Source: Elainellaceae cyanobacterium
Lineage (GTDB): Bacteria > Cyanobacteriota > Cyanobacteriia > CAZCXK01
Direction of reading: 5' to 3'
DNA length: 11,319 bases
Assembly (NCBI GenBank): GCA_051117555.1
Contig: JBNPEG010000097.1
Location: 1-11,319 of the forward strand
The position numbers and the translations under genes were made by a program. Below the pieces are notes generated by a model. It worked only from the letters and a program-made list of their open reading frames with translations, made no database searches and was not told where the DNA came from. Shown piece by piece: positions 10,776 through 11,319 of the stretch (the stretch's first letter is position 1; every line of letters starts with the position of its first letter).

Positions 10776-10804
10776 GCAGGGGGCATGCGATGGCGTGCCC
10801 GTGC
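10776..10804. repeat. REP-like GC-rich hairpin
   Basis: GCAGG-GGGCATGC-GATG-GCGTGCCC-GTGC: 8-bp stem with one G-T pair and a 4-nt loop; resembles degenerate GTAG-type REP sequences. Only one copy in the window. Confidence 0.55.
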
Positions 10805-10923
10805 CTAGAAAATTTTACGGTAATATCCGGGCCTTGTGTCCTCCAAGGGGATGGGCTGACGAACTGGATCGTCGTTATGTGCCCGAAACCGACAAATTGA
10901 GGTGCTTATGGACTAAAAGAGCT
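10805..10923 (+). mobile_element. Possible structured non-coding remnant of an insertion sequence end (IS110-like), with orphan RBS and mini-ORF
   Basis: Stems ATCCGG (10825-30) / CTGGAT (10864-69) and TCCTC-CAA-GGGGA (10839-51); GAGGTG (10899-904) followed by ATG GAC TAA (10908-16). Identity is inferred only; no transposase is present. Confidence 0.3.
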
Positions 10924-10924
10924 A

Positions 10925-11319
10925 CTACGAGTTCCTGATTTGCTCTGACAATGCCTCCGTCATTGAGGAGTTGAAAACTGATAAATCTTTGCGATTGTCT
11001 ATTAGCGAAGACGAGATGGGTTCTTCTTGCTTATGAATACGTGAACGGTGCCGCTCTGATGTAAATTGTTCTGGATCAATGCCATCAAATGTTGGCGGTA
11101 TCCACACCCTAATGACGAGCAATGCACCCAACACAAGCAGAAAGACACAAGCTACTAAAACTTGAACCCAAGGGGTTTCTAAAACCCCTCGCACGATAAT
11201 TTCTCTGAGTACTGAGACAATCGAAACCTCAACCGCTACCCCGATAGAAACTCGGTGTTCTTGTAAATAGATAATCAACAGACGAAATAGCTCAACCAGA
11301 ATCAGCAAAAACAAAATGT
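10925..11319 (-). CDS. Phosphate-starvation-inducible PsiE-family membrane protein (partial; start lies beyond the window)
   Basis: Frame is open to the window edge: ILFLLILVELFRLLIIYLQEHRVSIGVAVEVSIVSVLREIIV, the PsiE-family TM pattern; TAG at 10925-10927. Confidence 0.85.
   Translation of the reverse strand, partial: ILFLLILVELFRLLIIYLQEHRVSIGVAVEVSIVSVLREIIVRGVLETPWVQVLVACVFLLVLGALLVIRVWIPPTFDGIDPEQFTSERHRSRIHKQEEPISSSLIDNRKDLSVFNSSMTEALSEQIRNS

Noticed and set aside
10834..10896. Hammerhead ribozyme: GTC ... CTGACGA ... GAAAC in type III order
   Set aside because: Core motifs are present, but stem II cannot close (A opposite C next to the core), stem I is at most 3 bp and stem III is interrupted.
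10847..10900. c-di-AMP (ydaO) riboswitch, suggested by CCCGAAACCGACA
   Set aside because: The following GCTAAC and the 5' GCTGAATCC/GGGGTGAA elements are missing, and no downstream gene lies on that strand.
10682..10938. Plus-strand ORFs 10682-10900 and 10753-10938
   Set aside because: Non-ATG starts, no recognisable motifs, and they run through the REP-like hairpin; probably spurious.

Overview
Gene-dense cyanobacterial chromosomal window. The evidence is 18 copies of the HIP1 octamer GCGATCGC counted by eye and several proteins that resemble cyanobacterial conserved families. A minus-strand run carries a conserved hypothetical gene, ligA (NAD-dependent DNA ligase), a DUF1400-type alpha/beta hydrolase, truB and ppk2, and converges on a 99-aa hypothetical gene. 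A glycerophosphodiester phosphodiesterase and a small membrane protein lie on the plus strand. A second minus-strand run carries a partial PsiE-family gene, a hypothetical gene, a bitopic Pro/Ala-rich membrane protein and a TIGR04376-like (PspA/IM30-related) coiled-coil protein. No complete transposase, CRISPR array, tRNA or rRNA is visible. The most unusual stretch is intergenic 10776-10923: a REP-like hairpin abuts a ~110-nt structured segment ending in a strong RBS and an ATG-GAC-TAA mini-ORF, which may be an orphan IS110 non-coding end (bridge-RNA-like). Also notable are a GAAC-N4-GTTC LexA-like palindrome upstream of the membrane-protein/PspA-like pair, a 20-bp direct repeat spanning the ligA 3' end, and a ~35-aa insertion in LigA. 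Family assignments are from motif recognition only; no database search was run.
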